Below, in pieces: positions 38,410 through 52,472 of a DNA stretch of 64,000 nucleotides (within the stretch, counting starts at the first letter, position 1; the number at the start of each line of letters is the position of its first letter). The notes under the pieces were generated by a model. It made no database searches, had not been told where the DNA came from, and saw only the letters and a list, made by a program, of their open reading frames with translations. The stretch is from NCBI RefSeq assembly GCF_963506605.1, contig NC_083291.1, forward strand, positions 8,618,001-8,682,000, in the 5' to 3' direction. The translations under genes and the position numbers were made by a program. The stretch is from Zootoca vivipara (lineage: Eukaryota).

Positions 38410-38746
38410 CAGTGGAACCTCGGTTTATGAACACCTCAGTTTACGAATTTTCGGTTTACGAACGCCGCAGACCCATCTGGAACGGATTAATTCACTTTCC
38501 ATTACTTTCAATGAGAAAGTTCGCTTCAGTTTATGAACGCTTCAGTTTATGAACAGACTTCCGGAACCAATCACACCCATGCTTCGGGTTAAGTACGCTT
38601 CAGGTTGAGTACTCCGCGAACCCGTCTGGAACGGATTAATCCACTTTCCATTACTTTCAATGGGAAAGTTCGCTTCAGTTTATGAACGCTTCAGTTTATG
38701 AACAGACTTCCAGAACCAATTGTGTTCATAAACTGAGGTACCACTG
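38410..38746. mobile_element. Tigger-like MITE with an internal ~150-bp-period duplication
   Basis: TA-CAGTGGAACCTC...GAGGTACCACTG-TA; block TCTGGAACGGATTAAT..GAACCAAT occurs twice. Confidence 0.85.
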
Positions 38747-39060
38747 TATATCTTGCATGAACATATTGGAATACAGTAAAGGCAATTCATAAGGCAATTT
38801 AGGCACGCAAACATGCTGCATCCATGTGTACTGAACTTATACACATTGCTGGGTATGTGAAAAGGATCTTTACTTTTATGTAGAGAGACTTATCCAAAAC
38901 TGGAGAAGTCATTCAAAGAAGTGAAGGGAAAAGCCTCATTTCTCACAGTATGCAATTAATATTATGAAAGGAACAGAAATGTCAAGCGTTGGCTCGAATG
39001 CTGTGGAGGCACCGGAGAGGTACATTTTTAGGAACAACATAAAACTTGCAGTCAACTTAC

Positions 39061-39270
39061 AGATTCCGAGTGTTCCATAACAGCTAAAATAAAGACAACA
39101 TATTCTTGGCCGTTTTGGAGCTGCTTGTTTTCAAAACCACCATACTGTTTCTTATCCCCCAGGGTGAACTCAGTAGGAAGAACTTCAAAGTGTGCTGCAA
39201 TATATGGCTTTAAATCTGCTTCTCTCCCCAAACGAACACTTCGGCGTTTCCGTGCTATCTCTTTAAGTAG
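39061..39270 (-). CDS. PTPRD: PTPRD exon (210 nt): [12 protein letters not shown]...AVMEHSES, with furin-type site RKRR (39241-39252)
   Basis: Within ORF 39052-39333; long pyrimidine tract then aag|CTA; donor TCT|gtaagt; phase 0-0. Confidence 0.97.
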
Positions 39271-40131
39271 CTTTGGGGTAGGAGAGGAAAAAGAGAGAGA
39301 GAAGGGAGAAAACAGAAAGATAACTGTAAACAAGATTAATGTAACTTATTGACAGGCTGATTTTTTAAAAAGAAAAATGTATTAAGTCCTAGGAACTACA
39401 AAAAAATAAAATTCAGTGTCATTTCATGACAACCTCAGTTACAGTTATCCAGGAGTCAGTCCCACGGGTATTGCTTCAGAATAGAAATGTACAGGAGTGC
39501 GCTATAAATTACAATAATGCCAGCACTTTTATATTAAGTAGTAAGCCTCTTTAGAGTTCCACACAACTTGCAGCCTCATTCTCAGTTCAGGAAAAACCTC
39601 TGTTACACTTAGCTAGGAGTAGGTACCATTCAACTCAATGGGGCTTACTACTGAGTGGAAATGCATGGCGTAGTTGTAAATCTCACTACTGTTTATTCTT
39701 AACAAGAAGAGGACGTCAACATCAGATTTTTAAAAATGAATTTTTAGTTACCGATATTGTTGTCCCCACTAATTCTTTTTAAACGAAAACAGACACAAAA
39801 TAAAGATTATGAGGCATTTGAGATATGAATATTACCATTTCCCCCCATCACGTATCAAATGACGGTCAACAATAAGGCACTTTCTCCATCAAATTAATGA
39901 TTTTTTATTGCAACATATTTTTTAAATGCTACAGTCAGTACAGAAAAAAAGTAAGCAATCTACGACACTTAACTCATTACGACATCAACAGACTGCAAGT
40001 CAACCCACACCCAAAAACTTCTTTAAATAAAAAAAGAAACTGTTTTTAACTGTTAAAATAGTTACATGATTTAAGCAGTTAGCATAGTGCCCGTTTAACA
40101 CATCCTGAAGCAAAGTTCTTAACGCGAGGTA

Positions 40132-40308
40132 CAGGGCAGTCTCGAGCAGGTCGGTCGCCCTGGCGCTGAGGGGCGGAGATCGCTCTGGTGCCTCTGCCCT
40201 CACAGGGCGCTGCATGGTTTCAGCGCGGTTTCACCGCACGGCGCCCTGCCTACCGGCCCGGCGCCCTGGCACACCATGCGACCAGGGGTCTACCTAGAGC
40301 CGGCCCTG
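40132..40308. mobile_element. GC-rich hAT MITE nested in a Tigger-like fragment (to ~40374)
   Basis: Perfect 8-bp TSD GCGAGGTA; CAGGGC...GCCCTG. Confidence 0.82.
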
Positions 40309-41011
40309 GCGAGGTACTATTTCTGGGTTAGTGGAGTCTGTAACCTGAAGCGTCTCTAACCCAAGGTACCACTGTAGTTCTTTATCTCCTTACATCTGAA
40401 GGGAGGGTGTTCCATACGAGGGGTGCCACTACTGAGAAGAACCCTGATTCCCTTTAACTTCGCTTCTCGCAGTGAGGGAACCAGCAGAAGACCCTCAGAG
40501 GAGGACCTCCGTGTCCGGGCTGGATTCTGGCTCATCCTGGCTAGCACCAACCATAGTTAAGCTCAATGCAGAAATAAAAACAATCCATGGTCAGGGGCGA
40601 CATGTGGCAAACAGTGGGCTGGTGGAAGGGAGGAAGAAATCCAGCTGTTCATTTGTGAATCCCAGCTGGATCTGGGAAGGCCGCCATTTAAATCTGTGTC
40701 CAACCACAACACTCACTGAATGACCCAGGGACTCAGGAATTAAATGCAGTAAGTAACAGTCACAGTCCTAGCCTACACTACCATCAAAGGCTGTGGAGGA
40801 AAGAGTAGAAAGCGCCTGGAGAAAAATTCCATATAAAAAAAATTAACCACAGTTAAGGGAATGGAAGCATTCTGCCTGCAAAGGTCCTAATTTATCATCA
40901 CATTGTGTTTAACTAACTATTAATGCCACGAATCATGACATTATGTCTATGCTGCAGAATGTCAATACCAGGTTTAGGAATGAAATAAGTATTCAGTTAG
41001 CAAAAATGTTT

Positions 41012-41015
41012 AATA

Positions 41016-41049
<34 letters not shown>

Positions 41050-42066
41050 TATTATTTATACCCCACCCATCTGGCTGCGTTCCCCCAGCCACTCTGGGCG
41101 GCTTCCAACAAAATATTAAAATACAGAAATCCATCAAACATTAAAAGCTTCCCTAAACAGGGCTGCCTTGAGATGCCTTCTAAAGGTCCGGTAATTGTTG
41201 TTCTCTTTGACCTCTGGTGGGAGGGCATTCCACAGGGTGGGTGCCACTACCGAGAAGGCCCTCTGCCTGGTTCCCTGTAACTTGGCTTCTCATAGCGAGG
41301 GAACCGCCAGAAGGCCCTCAGCGCTGGACCTCAGTGTCCGGGCAGAACAATGGGGGTGGAGACGCTCCTTCAGGTATACTGGACCGAGGCCGTTTAGGGC
41401 TTTAAAGGTCAGCACCAACACTTTGAATTGTGCTCAGAAACGTACTGGGAGCCAATGTAGGTCTTTCAGGACTGGTGTTATGTGGTCTTGGCGGCCGCTC
41501 CCAGTCACCAGTCTAGCTGCCGCATTCTGGGTTAGTTGTAGTTTCCAGGTCACCTTCAAAGGTAGCCCCACATAGAGCGCATTGCAGTAGTCCAAGCGAG
41601 AGATAACTAGAACATGCACCACTCTGGCGAGACAGTCCGCGGGCAGGTAGGGTCTCAGCCTGCGTACCAGATGGAGCTAATAAACAGCTGCCCTGGACAC
41701 AGAATTGACCTGCACCTCCACGGACAGCTGTGAGTCCAAAATGACTCCCAGGCTGCGCACCTGATCCTTCAGGGGCACAGTTACCCCATTCAGGACCAGG
41801 GAGTCCTCCACACCTGCCCGCCTCCTGTCCCCCACAAACAGTACTTTTGTCTTGTCAGGATTCAACTTCAATCTGTTAGCCACCATCCATCCTCCAACCG
41901 CCTCCAGACACTCACATAGGACCTTCACCGCCTTCACTGGTTCTGATTTGAAAGAGAGGTAGAGCTGGGTATCATCAGCATACTGATGAACACCCAGCAT
42001 GGGGGATAGGACAGAACCCTGAGGCAGCCCACAAGTGAGAGCCCAGGGATCTGAACACTCATCCCC
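41012..42066 (-). mobile_element. L2 LINE fragment (RT QYADDTQLY to 3' tail)
   Basis: ORFs 41677-42000 and 41434-41622; (TTA)n tail. Confidence 0.9.
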
Positions 42067-42102
42067 CCCCCAGATATGCTAGTAAGCTTCTAGTAAGAGG
42101 AG

Positions 42103-42968
42103 TGTGTATGACTTTCTAAGAACATGCCATGGATTGGCAATGACACAGAGGAAAGGGAAGAAGGTCCTGGCAAGGGGTGTAGCCACAACTGGTACACACC
42201 AGCTGAAGATGGGGAAGGGGAGGTTGGGGACTTAGGAGATACTCATGGGACATCAGAGGACATTGCGGGGGCATTCAACAGTTCAGGGGAGACAGAGGAG
42301 ATCACCAGAACCAGAGGTTTCCCCATCTTCACAGACACGGAAGGCTCTGAGGTGTTGGGAACAGGGGGAAGTGCACTCCAGGAGACTGAGGCAGGTAAGG
42401 GAAGACAGCCCAGCTCACTAGGGGCCAGGTGGAGATCAGGGGACTCATTAGGTCTGGGAGGATGTTGTGGTCCCTCAGGTAGATTAGGTTCAGGGCAGGT
42501 GAGGGCCACCCGCTTGGTTAAGTGGAGAGACACAGCTACTCAGCTGGAACAATCAATCAAGGTGCTTCAATCAAGCTTGCGAAGGATAAAAGGAAAGCAA
42601 GACAGAGACTCTTTGTCTGCTCAACTTTCTCTGTTGATGGAGCACAGCATGGCTGATTCAGGAACTCCACTGGACTGTGAATTCAGGACGGACCCCAGGT
42701 TCCAACCCTGGAGGCGGGAGTCTGACCTTGCTTGTTTTATTGAACCTGGACCAGTATTTGACCATTTGGACGGCCTGACGACTCTCTGGTGTTGCCCTTG
42801 GGACTGTGTGCACTATCAGGACTTGCCTCCGGCTATGCTTAGGTTCAGGGCAGTACAGAAAACTGTATTGTGGAAAAAGACATTTACATTTGTCCTTAAT
42901 TGCAGAAGCTGAAGTTACATATAAGTCTGGCCGCTAGAACCAAAGGAATAAAATTTTGTAAAGGGACA
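42103..42968 (+). mobile_element. Probable LTR-derived segment; ends uncertain
   Basis: Purine-rich body similar in style to the LTR at 5104; TATA-like GATAAAAG; no clear TSD. Confidence 0.35.
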
Positions 42969-43730
42969 ACTGTACAGAATATTTATTTTTGCCCGTGCAA
43001 AAAGAATTGAGAAATGAGTTTTCATTTGGAAATCAAGATTTGCGATTACATGTGTATGTCTCTGCACTAGCATAAGTAAGAGAGGAGGAAGATAGTATAT
43101 AGAGGATTTCAACCTAAATCACATGAATGAATAGACCTTAAGTGCACTCCTTCCTTCATTCATATTTTAGTTATAGATGATGCTGTTGTCATATATCATT
43201 AACATCATGTGCATCCCTTGAGGTGCTTTTCCCCCTCCCGATCAAGGTTAATTTGAAAAGCAATGAAGTCATCAAAATCTGTTCCCAAATACCTTCCAGA
43301 TTCTGTCCATAATATATTCTTATTCTTGTGTATTTATATTCTTATTCTTGTGTATTACAGATTCTTGTAATACATTTTTCTTGCAGATTTCACAGCATTT
43401 AGAAATGCAATTTAATATTATTTAGCAAGGCATTTTCATGTTAATGTTAGGATTCCAGCTGAAGAAACTTTAAATGCAATGTACTTAGATAATGAAGCTA
43501 GGCACAACTTACAAAAGGCAAAAAATGCAATATTTAGATGCCACACACACCCTATTGCAGAAAATAAATATATAAATGGCATTTAGTGGCATTAGTTGAC
43601 TCTACTGAGAGTCTTACATGAAATATCATCTTCACTGTTGGTTCACAGAATAATAAAATGCACTAGTCTGAGTTGATGGAACTTCCAGTGCTTAGTGAAT
43701 TCAATTTGAACAGCATATGAAAGGAAAAGA

Positions 43731-43732
<2 letters not shown>

Positions 43733-43790
<58 letters not shown>
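43733..43790. repeat. (TC)n microsatellite
   Basis: Direct reading. Confidence 0.95.
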
Positions 43791-43793
<3 letters not shown>

Positions 43794-43954
43794 TGAAATT
43801 GGTTTGTGCAATAGAACAAAATGTAAACATTCTTAAGCATCTTCTAAAGCTTTTACTACAGATTCATCGGCACCCTTCCTTAAGTTTTCTAGGCCTCATT
43901 GGGTAAATGGTATCATCACCTACAGGTACTGCTTTTGGAAGGAGTTGTTGGAGG

Positions 43955-44400
43955 CAGGGCCGGTGCTAGGGTTTTTTGCGCCCTAGGCAAGATCACCTTC
44001 TGCCCCCCCCAATTAATAAACTTAATAAAATTAATAAATAGAAAATAGAATTAATAAAAAATAAATAGAAAATAGAAAATAGAAAAATAGAAAAAAGTAG
44101 AAAAATAAAAAGTAGAAAACAAAAACAAAAACAAACAAAAATAAATTAAAAACAGCTGAGAGGTGTGGCGAAGTGCGCCTCTGGAGCTTTGGTCTCCACT
44201 GTGCCTGTCAGCTGTTGAGCGGCTTCAGGCCGCTCTCCGAAGGCAAGCACGTGCCTCAGGATAGCAGCCTGAAGCTGCTCAACAGGTGACAGGCGCAGTG
44301 GAGGCGGCACCGGCGGGCGGCGGGCAGGCTTGCCAGTGCCCCCTCCATTTTGGCGCCCTAGGCAGCTGCCTAGTTCGCCTAAATGGACGCACTGGCCCTG
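43955..44400. mobile_element. hAT element with an internal A-rich (AAAATAG)n tract
   Basis: CAGGGCCGGTGC...CACTGGCCCTG; perfect 8-bp TSD GTTGGAGG. Confidence 0.85.
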
Positions 44401-44759
44401 GTTGGAGGTACGCCCTTGAAGTATGTTCTCTAGAGCCAGACTTTCATAATGCAAAATGATAGTGGTCAGAAACGGTGCTGCCTCTCTTCAGCCCTGCAGA
44501 TAGCATTTATGTGTGAGGTTTGCTACATTATCGTTGGAATAGTGGCCAATCTGGGCTCATGTTACTTTCTTTTAGTTTCTTTCACCATACTCTGTTCCAG
44601 ACGTCGGACACTACATATGATAGAAGATGCTGAAAGGTTACTTGAGAGACCACCTTGCCCTTTATATACCCAGTGGGCAAAGCTTTTTTTTTTCAGCTGG
44701 AGCACGCTGGAGCTGCGCTCGGGCACCTCTAAAGTGGCAGGCACCATTGCACATGTTCC

Positions 44760-45131
44760 AGCTTGTCAACATCCTTCTTAAATTACGGTGCCCAGAATTG
44801 GACACAGTATTCCAAGTGTGGTCTGACCAAGGCAGAATAGAATGGTCCCATTACTTCCCTTGATCTGAACACTATACGTCTGTTGATGCAGCCTAGAATA
44901 GCATTAGCTGTTTTTGCTTCTGCATCACACTCTTGACCAGGCATCCCCAAACTGCGGCCCTCCAGATGTTTTAGCCTACAACTCCCATGATCCCTAGCTA
45001 ACAGGACCAGTGGTCGGGGAAGATGGGAATTGTAGTCCAAAACATCTGGAGGGCCGAAGTTTGGGGATGCCTGCTCTTGACTCATGTTAAGCTTGTATTC
45101 AACCAAGACCCCTTGGTCCTTTTCACACATA
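44760..45131 (-). mobile_element. CR1 LINE fragment interrupted by a MITE
   Basis: [26 protein letters not shown]. Confidence 0.88.
44938..45073. mobile_element. 136-bp palindromic hAT MITE
   Basis: Perfect 8-bp TSD CTCTTGAC. Confidence 0.9.
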
Positions 45132-46987
45132 CCACTATTTCAGTCATCAATACTTTTATCAGTGCCAACACTGTGAGAAGTCCCATTCAGAAAATACCCT
45201 TTCCAATGTTAACTATAGGTTTCCTGCCTGAAGATCTCAAATTCCTTGCTGTTGAACTGGGTGGGGTGGGGGAGGTAGGGATTAATGGTGAATAGCTTCT
45301 TAATTTTGCCAGCACTTGTTCATGTTAATTACTGGTGTCCTCTTACTTCTTTAAAATTGCAAAATAATACTGTTGTGCTATAAACAACTGGGAGAAAAAT
45401 GAGAAGAAACAAGTGATCAAAGATAGTCTCCTCTGTGGATACAGAAACTGACACCGAGGTAATTAAGAAAGGCTATTCATCACTAATTTCCTGGCAGCAA
45501 CCAACAAGAAGCATTAAAAGGTGCATGAACCGAGAATAAGGAAAACGTTTAAGCACAAGGACCATTTGAGGCCTCAATAGTCTTTTGTGTGTTCACACAC
45601 AGGACAGGGTGGAGCTGCATGCAATTTGTGCTTTACTAATGATAAAAAGTCACAAAACATGGTTGGGAAAAATGCAACAGGAAGCAATGAACTATGACAA
45701 TGTGACCATGAAACAATCTTCATTCTCCATGAAAAGTGACTGAACAGTGTGTGGCAGTTCCAGAGGCAAGGAGTTTAGCTTTAAGGCCAAAATCTAATGT
45801 AAGACTAATTCCGCCTATAGGGACAACCCTGAAGTCACCGCTTTCCTCAATACTTCATTGTTATGGATAACTGTATCACCGCTGGAAAGCTGGAACACCT
45901 GCACTGATAATATTTGTATAGGCATTCCAAGAGCCCTGAATTAACGTTCACAACTTAAAACAGGGAGTTCTCTTAGAAGTTTTAAAAAAAACCCTAAAGT
46001 ATCAGAAACTTCAGAGTCACTGCATGAAGAGTGGCCCACTTTGGAGATGTTTTCTGTCCCCTCGTGAGTTACTATTAGAAGCAATTCTGAAAGATATATG
46101 AAGGGCTTCAGCTCTCGATCAGAAACAATTTTCATTTTCCAGTCAATGCATATCTTATTTCTTCCACCATTAATTCTACAATGTGGTCTCAATTGTATCT
46201 GTAAAAAATGGAAAAAGAACCCACCCTGCCCCAAATGTTTCTGAATTTAATAAATGTCCTTTATCAAACTATTATACCGATTAATGCACCACAACTTGCA
46301 CAATGATTAAAATGACCCTTTGTTATGGAAAGCAGCAGCAGCAGCACAGACCCAAAGAACTTAATGGCGAGAAAGGTCAGTGTCAACTACAGAATCCAGA
46401 CTGGAATCTGTTAATTTTGTTGTAACGGGCTGTGTAGTTTTGCAAGTTAAAAATGGTCCGGGTCCCGTTACTGGACTGTTGAATTTTTAATTGTTCCACT
46501 GTGTGATGGCAACTAAAACTGAGTTTAGCTGCTTTTTGCCTCTCTAGACAACTCCAGGTCATTAAAAAGAAGAAACCACATTAAAGCAAGCAGTCTGCAC
46601 ATACTGAATGTTGTTACTACAAGCAAAACACAGCCAAAAGTTGGCTGTTGGTGTTGGCTAATGGCTTAAGAGAAATATAACCAATGATACCAATAGATAA
46701 CAAAGAGCAAAACACAAAGCACCTAAATAGAAGCTTAATCTTGGGGGGTGTTAATCCCTCTTTCCCCTCTTCCCACCTCAGTATGTGCACCAAGCATATG
46801 TCAGGATATAACAGAATCTCAAGTGACTCCAGAGTATCACACAGTGAGGAAGCTGTGAATGAGAATATGAGAAATACACAGATCTCCCATTCTTCATAAC
46901 AATGACCAATGGGTTCTATTGAGTCCTGAGGAAATCTGTGTAGACATTGTGCCTGAAATGAGACTGGACTATATTTTTGTTAGGGTA

Positions 46988-47176
46988 CCGTATATTCCGG
47001 CATATAAGATGACTGGGCGTATAAGACGACCCCCAACTTTTCCAGTTAAAATATAGAGTTTGGGATATACTCGCCGTATAAGAAATACAACCTGGTGTAT
47101 AAGATGACCCCCCCCCCCCGACTTTTGAGAAGATTTTCCTGGGTTAAAAAGTAGTCTAATATGCAGGAATATACAG
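46988..47176. mobile_element. Tc1/mariner-superfamily MITE
   Basis: TA-CCGTATATTCCGGCATAT...ATATGCAGGAATATACAG-TA. Confidence 0.75.
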
Positions 47177-47872
47177 TAATTCAAAGAGAGTAAGCTTTCT
47201 GAGGGTTTTGTTGTTGTTGTTTTGTGAAGAAAATGAAAATTGGTGTTACTATGAATTTCTAGTTGAAGAGTAGACTGGAGGACAATCAATTAACAGGATG
47301 GTTCCTTCCACTGGGGGGTATATAGGCAAGGTATAGGCTTTGAAGAATATTGCCTCCTCTTCCACAGAGAGGGGCCATGCCGCTGTACAGATCATACTGA
47401 CAGCACTAAGGAGACCCCCCCCCCAATAATCCATAAACCACGCTCGATACAAAAAATGATGCCATAAGGACAGGGACACAAGAAGATACTGTATTATAAC
47501 ACAGAACGAGAATACTTCACACGGGATAATGAATTTTCAGATAACTGAGATGACCTCAGTAGGAAGACTGTTCCACCCTTGAACCTAGAAGGTACTAAGC
47601 AGAATCAGGGTGGGTCCGAGGTCCTCCGGTCCACTCTTCAAACAGAAATTCATGATATGACCAATTTCTGTTTTTGCAAGAATAGACTGGAGAACATTCA
47701 AGTAACAGGATTTACTAGAACAGCACCCATTGGAGTAAGGAAGGGAATTCCACTTTATAATTTTGATGAATGGGTGGGTGGGTGCCCATGTTGTGACCCT
47801 ACAGATATCTAGAATCTGAAGACTTCCTTTGAATGCTGCTGAGGTAGCAGCGCCCCAAAGAGAGTTTGCAGT

Positions 47873-48175
47873 CAGGGCTGTCTTAAGCATATGTGGCGGC
47901 GAGGTGCAAAGATCTGCCTGCCCTCCCCCAGGTTGCCCAGGCGCACAGGAGGGCAGAGCTGGCTGGCCGGCCGCATCAGTGTCTCATTGGCTCGGTCAAC
48001 CCTGAACTGGCGGAGCAGAGCCGCCAACAGCAGAAGAGCCCGCTGTGGCGCTCCAACTGACGGGCGGCTCTTCCTCGGACTCAACTCTTGGACCCCGAAC
48101 TCTCGGCCTGGTGACCCTGAGAGACCGGTGCCCTGGTGCCCTGCACCCCTAGCGCCTATGGGTAAGACAGCCCTG
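47873..48175. mobile_element. GC-rich hAT MITE
   Basis: TIR CAGGGCTGTCTTA; perfect 8-bp TSD TTTGCAGT. Confidence 0.87.
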
Positions 48176-48904
48176 TTTGCAGTCGAACCTGTAACAGGAG
48201 AATTGTCCAGTGTTGTATATAGGTATTTATATTTAAATAAATAATAAACGAATAAAAAATAAATAAATAAATGTGTACCCCACCCCCCGAGACCATTCCA
48301 TTGTAACTATCCAACCTCCCAAAATTCCAGCATCTCTTGCAATGGTTTAACAACTTTCCCATTTTAACAGCACAAATTCTATAAATACTGTACCTTCCCT
48401 ATCTCCTCAAAATCATTTCTCCTGCATATTCTGCTTTACCTTAATAGCACATGCTAATTTATCATTAATAGCTATGACCCTTTGTACCTCTTTATTATAT
48501 ATAGGCTTGAACAATGGCTTCTCCTCAGATCTTAGAAACCTTTTGCCCTTTACTAAGCCCTCTAGCTGTGCACGGGATTAAATTCCACTTCGATCACAGC
48601 TGGGGAGGGAACAGCTTCCCTGCCTGCTGTGGCCAGACAACACTCCACTCTCCACCTAATTAATTAAGGAAAAACCGAAGATGTAGCTACATATTATATA
48701 CATTAAGAGGGATGTGTGTGTAGGTCCTCAGGCACTTCAGCATTGATAATGCAAACTCTACTAGACAGATTAAGCTCTCTACGCCAAACTAACAAGCACC
48801 ACTGTTAACAGAAAGGGGCCAGTATCTGCTGAAGACCCTTCCTCCAACTTTTTGACCCACACTCCCTGCATCTGAATGTGCTGAATTAATATGAACGCTC
48901 AGAC

Positions 48905-49335
48905 TGTTGGAGATTCATTCCCCGTGTCTGCAGTCATGGGATTGTTGTCTATCACATGACTGTGTATGTTTTGACTCCACAGAGTGGGAAGTGACAAAGG
49001 CAGGATGTTTGTTCCATGAAGTGGGTCTATTGTCCTTTGTTCTTCCTCTTTGCTGTCTGATGCTAGAGAGAGAGGGAGCCATGTTGCAGTGTTCTGAGTA
49101 TATTATATGTAAATAAAAATAAATTAGCCAAATGCTGAGTTGCTGAGGTCTTTTACGCAACTGCGAAGACTCTGCAGATCCCTGAGTGTGCTGATGTTTC
49201 TTGGCATCAGTCGCTGTGATGTTCGGGCTGAAGAAAACTTTGGAAGCTCCCGAACGATTGACCAGGAGGGAGGGAACATGCCAGTCAGGCATGTGTCTCT
49301 GCCAGGGTCCTACTCTTGTGTAGGAGATCCTAACA
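48905..49335 (+). mobile_element. Solo LTR (431 bp)
   Basis: TGTT...AACA termini; 5-bp TSD cagac/caaac; homologous to 61538-62449. Confidence 0.78.
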
Positions 49336-50332
49336 CAAACATGCTATGCAAGTTCATCACAGGGAATTCATCCAAGGTTACTTTGCAAGTAGTTTAGTGT
49401 TGTTGGTGTCCACCTTTCACACAGATGTCCTTTCATTTTAGGTCCGAGAGCATATAAAAATGCAATATGAGAATCATAATTCGTTGTTCCCAAAATAATT
49501 GGGGATTTCCAAATTCAGTTGTGCCCAATTGAGTTTGAGTCTGAAGGTGTGTTATATAAAGTACTTCCGCACACAACTTCAGACAGGATTGCAATTTTCA
49601 AGTACAGAGTTTACTCGTCTCTCTATTAACTAATACACTTAAGACGAGAAGGTTTTTTTTAAAAAAAATTAAAAATCCAATCATTTCAAAATGCCATATG
49701 TGTCAAAATAATGGGATGTTTTGAAATTAATGGAGTAATTTGCCCACAAGCAAGATAGAAACTGACAGGTAAATATATGTTAATTAACAGCCCAGTTATT
49801 CGGTGAATATATGAGGTGCCTCACTCATTGTGCCTAATCTTGGAGCGTAGCAGAAAAAGAGCCTGAGACAGACATATACCAGCACAGGAGAATCAAGTAA
49901 AGAGAACTGAGAGGTAGGTCAAATGTTAAACTGCAGAGCAAATTGCAACTTAGCATGTGATTCAGCTTTGGCAAACACCCCATTAAACGAACCAGACCTT
50001 TATTGGAGTTCATATCAATGGTGATTAAGTTTTTGCTGACAACTCATTCCACCTACTGCATTATGTCTTATAATCAGCAAGGAATAAAATATTAATGCCA
50101 ACAAAGATCAGACAGTGTGTGTGCCTCATTGCAACTTAATGTCTTTTAATTTAAGTAATTAGCTTTTTGTTTCTGTCCCCAGAGGCGAACTCCAATACAA
50201 AATGGTAAGATTTTTTCCCCCAAAAAAAGTCAAATTTGCTGACATGGGTACATTAATTGGACACAATCATTAAGGCTGCTTCTATCACAAGCAATTTTAC
50301 AGGAAAAAAGAGCTAAAATAAGCACATGGTAC

Positions 50333-50426
50333 CTCGTCTAATTCCATTTCGTCTGGGCTCTCTCGTGGTTTCATGAATTTTCCATCAGACTTCTTTATCA
50401 AAGGCACAATGACAATATAGTAACCT
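50333..50426 (-). CDS. PTPRD: PTPRD exon (94 nt): [31 protein letters not shown]
   Basis: Within ORF 50297-50620; acceptor tttgcag|A, donor GAG|gtacca; phase 2-0. Confidence 0.95.
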
Positions 50427-51149
50427 CTGCAAAGAAAACAAAACATAAAATGAGGCCTGCATAAAGGGAACAGTGTGTTTATATTACTTCTGTTTAAATG
50501 GTGCTCCCATGTGGAGTAATCTGTAAGAAAATCCTTTTTACTCTCCAGTAGAACCATCTCTGGGCATGAAAACTTCTCATCATCTGAAATGAATTGATAT
50601 AACATGCAGATTTCCGGCATAAAGTTAATTCACAATTCTATGGGTTTAATCCCTTGAGCAGGGTTTCACTCTAACAGAAGGGAAGAAGGGTTTTTTTAAA
50701 AACCAATTCTCCTGAGAAATAGGGGACCTCCTGAAGTGTTGTAAGAAAGAATTGACTGGTTAAATTGCCTCCCCTCCTACCTCAAGGAGACAGTAGTCAG
50801 TGAGAGCTTCTTCCACCAGCAGAAGTAATTTCATTTGTGGAAAGGTGGATCTGGATCCAACCATACACATATCAAATTAATTTATCCAAAATATCAAATT
50901 AATTCAGAATTCTATATATATTATCCAAATATATAAAAGGCTCCACTCCACAGTTCTCTGATAAATGCAATAGAACTATTCATGAAATATCACCATGATT
51001 TTAGAAGATACATTTAATTGATGCTCTTAAATACTATGAATGTAGCCAAATAAATGAGATTCCAGTAAAAGTGCAGGGAACTCAAAGGTGTTATGTTCAA
51101 AGGGAAATTTACTTAAATAAAATATTACTCGCATGAACCTTTAATTTAG

Positions 51150-51238
51150 GGTGCAATCCTATGCACAGTTACTTGGAAGTAAATCCCACTGAAGTCATAG
51201 ACCCTTGCTTCTGAGTAGACATGCATAGGATTGCACTG
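51150..51238. repeat. Old palindromic MITE-like repeat (degenerate copies near 37380, 39600, 51570, 63370-63620)
   Basis: GTGCAATCCTATGCA...TGCATAGGATTGCAC inverted ends. Confidence 0.6.
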
Positions 51239-52033
51239 TTCAATATTTTAAGGTTTACAAAACAGTTTAAAGCAGACGGCATTTGTGAACTCCGAACACT
51301 GCAAAAATTAGACATGTGCTATCATACCGTTGGCCCTTTTTCAAACTTAGCTGGATGACAAGGACAGCAATTAAAGGAATGAAATACATTTAAAAAGACC
51401 TAAATAGGATTTGTTCTTTTACTCACTATCAGTGTAGGGATTGAAACTATGGATTACCAACCAAAACACCAGTCTATTCCAGTAATAATTACAACAAATT
51501 TGGATTAGAAAAAGGGAACGTCTCCAGGTCAGTTTTTTTTCTGATGCTTACTTTCTGAAGTATCAAGGCTGCAATCTTATACCCACTTATCCAGGATTAA
51601 GCCTCACCAAACATGCCAGGGTTTACTTCTGAGAAGACATGCATAGAATTGAATTGTGAGTGTTGCTGCTGAATTTTTCAAATGAATCGAATCGAATCTG
51701 GAGGCAAAAGGGCTTTGATGGAATTTAAAGGGGACCTGCAGATTTGTATTTTGTACTAATGTGCTCACAACATAGAGAGTGGTATAGAAATTTATTAAAT
51801 AAAATAAATAAATACCCATAGCGGCCTAGAAGAATTCTACATCACCACGTAGCATGAACTCTGAGGACTCTCCTGGGGAGAAATGGGGTCCTCTGCTGCT
51901 GGCCTCAATTTTAACTGGGGCTGCCAGCAATGGCCAGCATTTTACTCCAGAATGCTCACCAGAGAGCCGCAATGCATTATGTTACAGCCTGGAACATGTT
52001 CTGGAACATTATAGAACTTTAAAGTGGGTGGAT

Positions 52034-52472
52034 CAGGTCCGGATTTAGGTTTGATGAGTCCCTAAGCTACTGAAGGTAATGGGGCCCTTTATATGTCCAG
52101 CTGTCCTTTGTCAACAACAAATTGTTGCTGTTTTTTTGCGTTGAATATATGCTATATGGTAATTTATGGACCTAACAGGTAGCTAAAGCCACTTGCACAT
52201 GTAGAATGTTGGCACCCTATATACAGAAATGAGCAAATCAGTGATATTTTAGGGAGCAAGCTAGGGGGAGAGGCCCATTACTTACATCATAGGAGCCTAC
52301 ACAACACACAAACACTGTTGCTGTATGTAAGTTTTACTTTATTAGTTATTTTATCTTATATTTTGGAAATGTACATCCAGTTTCCCCACCCCCCTTAAAA
52401 TTATTTTGGGGCCCCCAAGAGAGTGGGGCCCCGAGCTATAGTTTGTTTAGTTTATACATAAATCCGGCACTG
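52034..52472 (-). mobile_element. hAT-like element, family A copy 3 (inverted)
   Basis: Reverse complement of 299-731. Confidence 0.82.

Noticed and set aside
42124-42912. 262-aa plus-strand ORF
   Set aside because: No recognisable domain; lies in purine-rich LTR-like sequence; likely a chance ORF.
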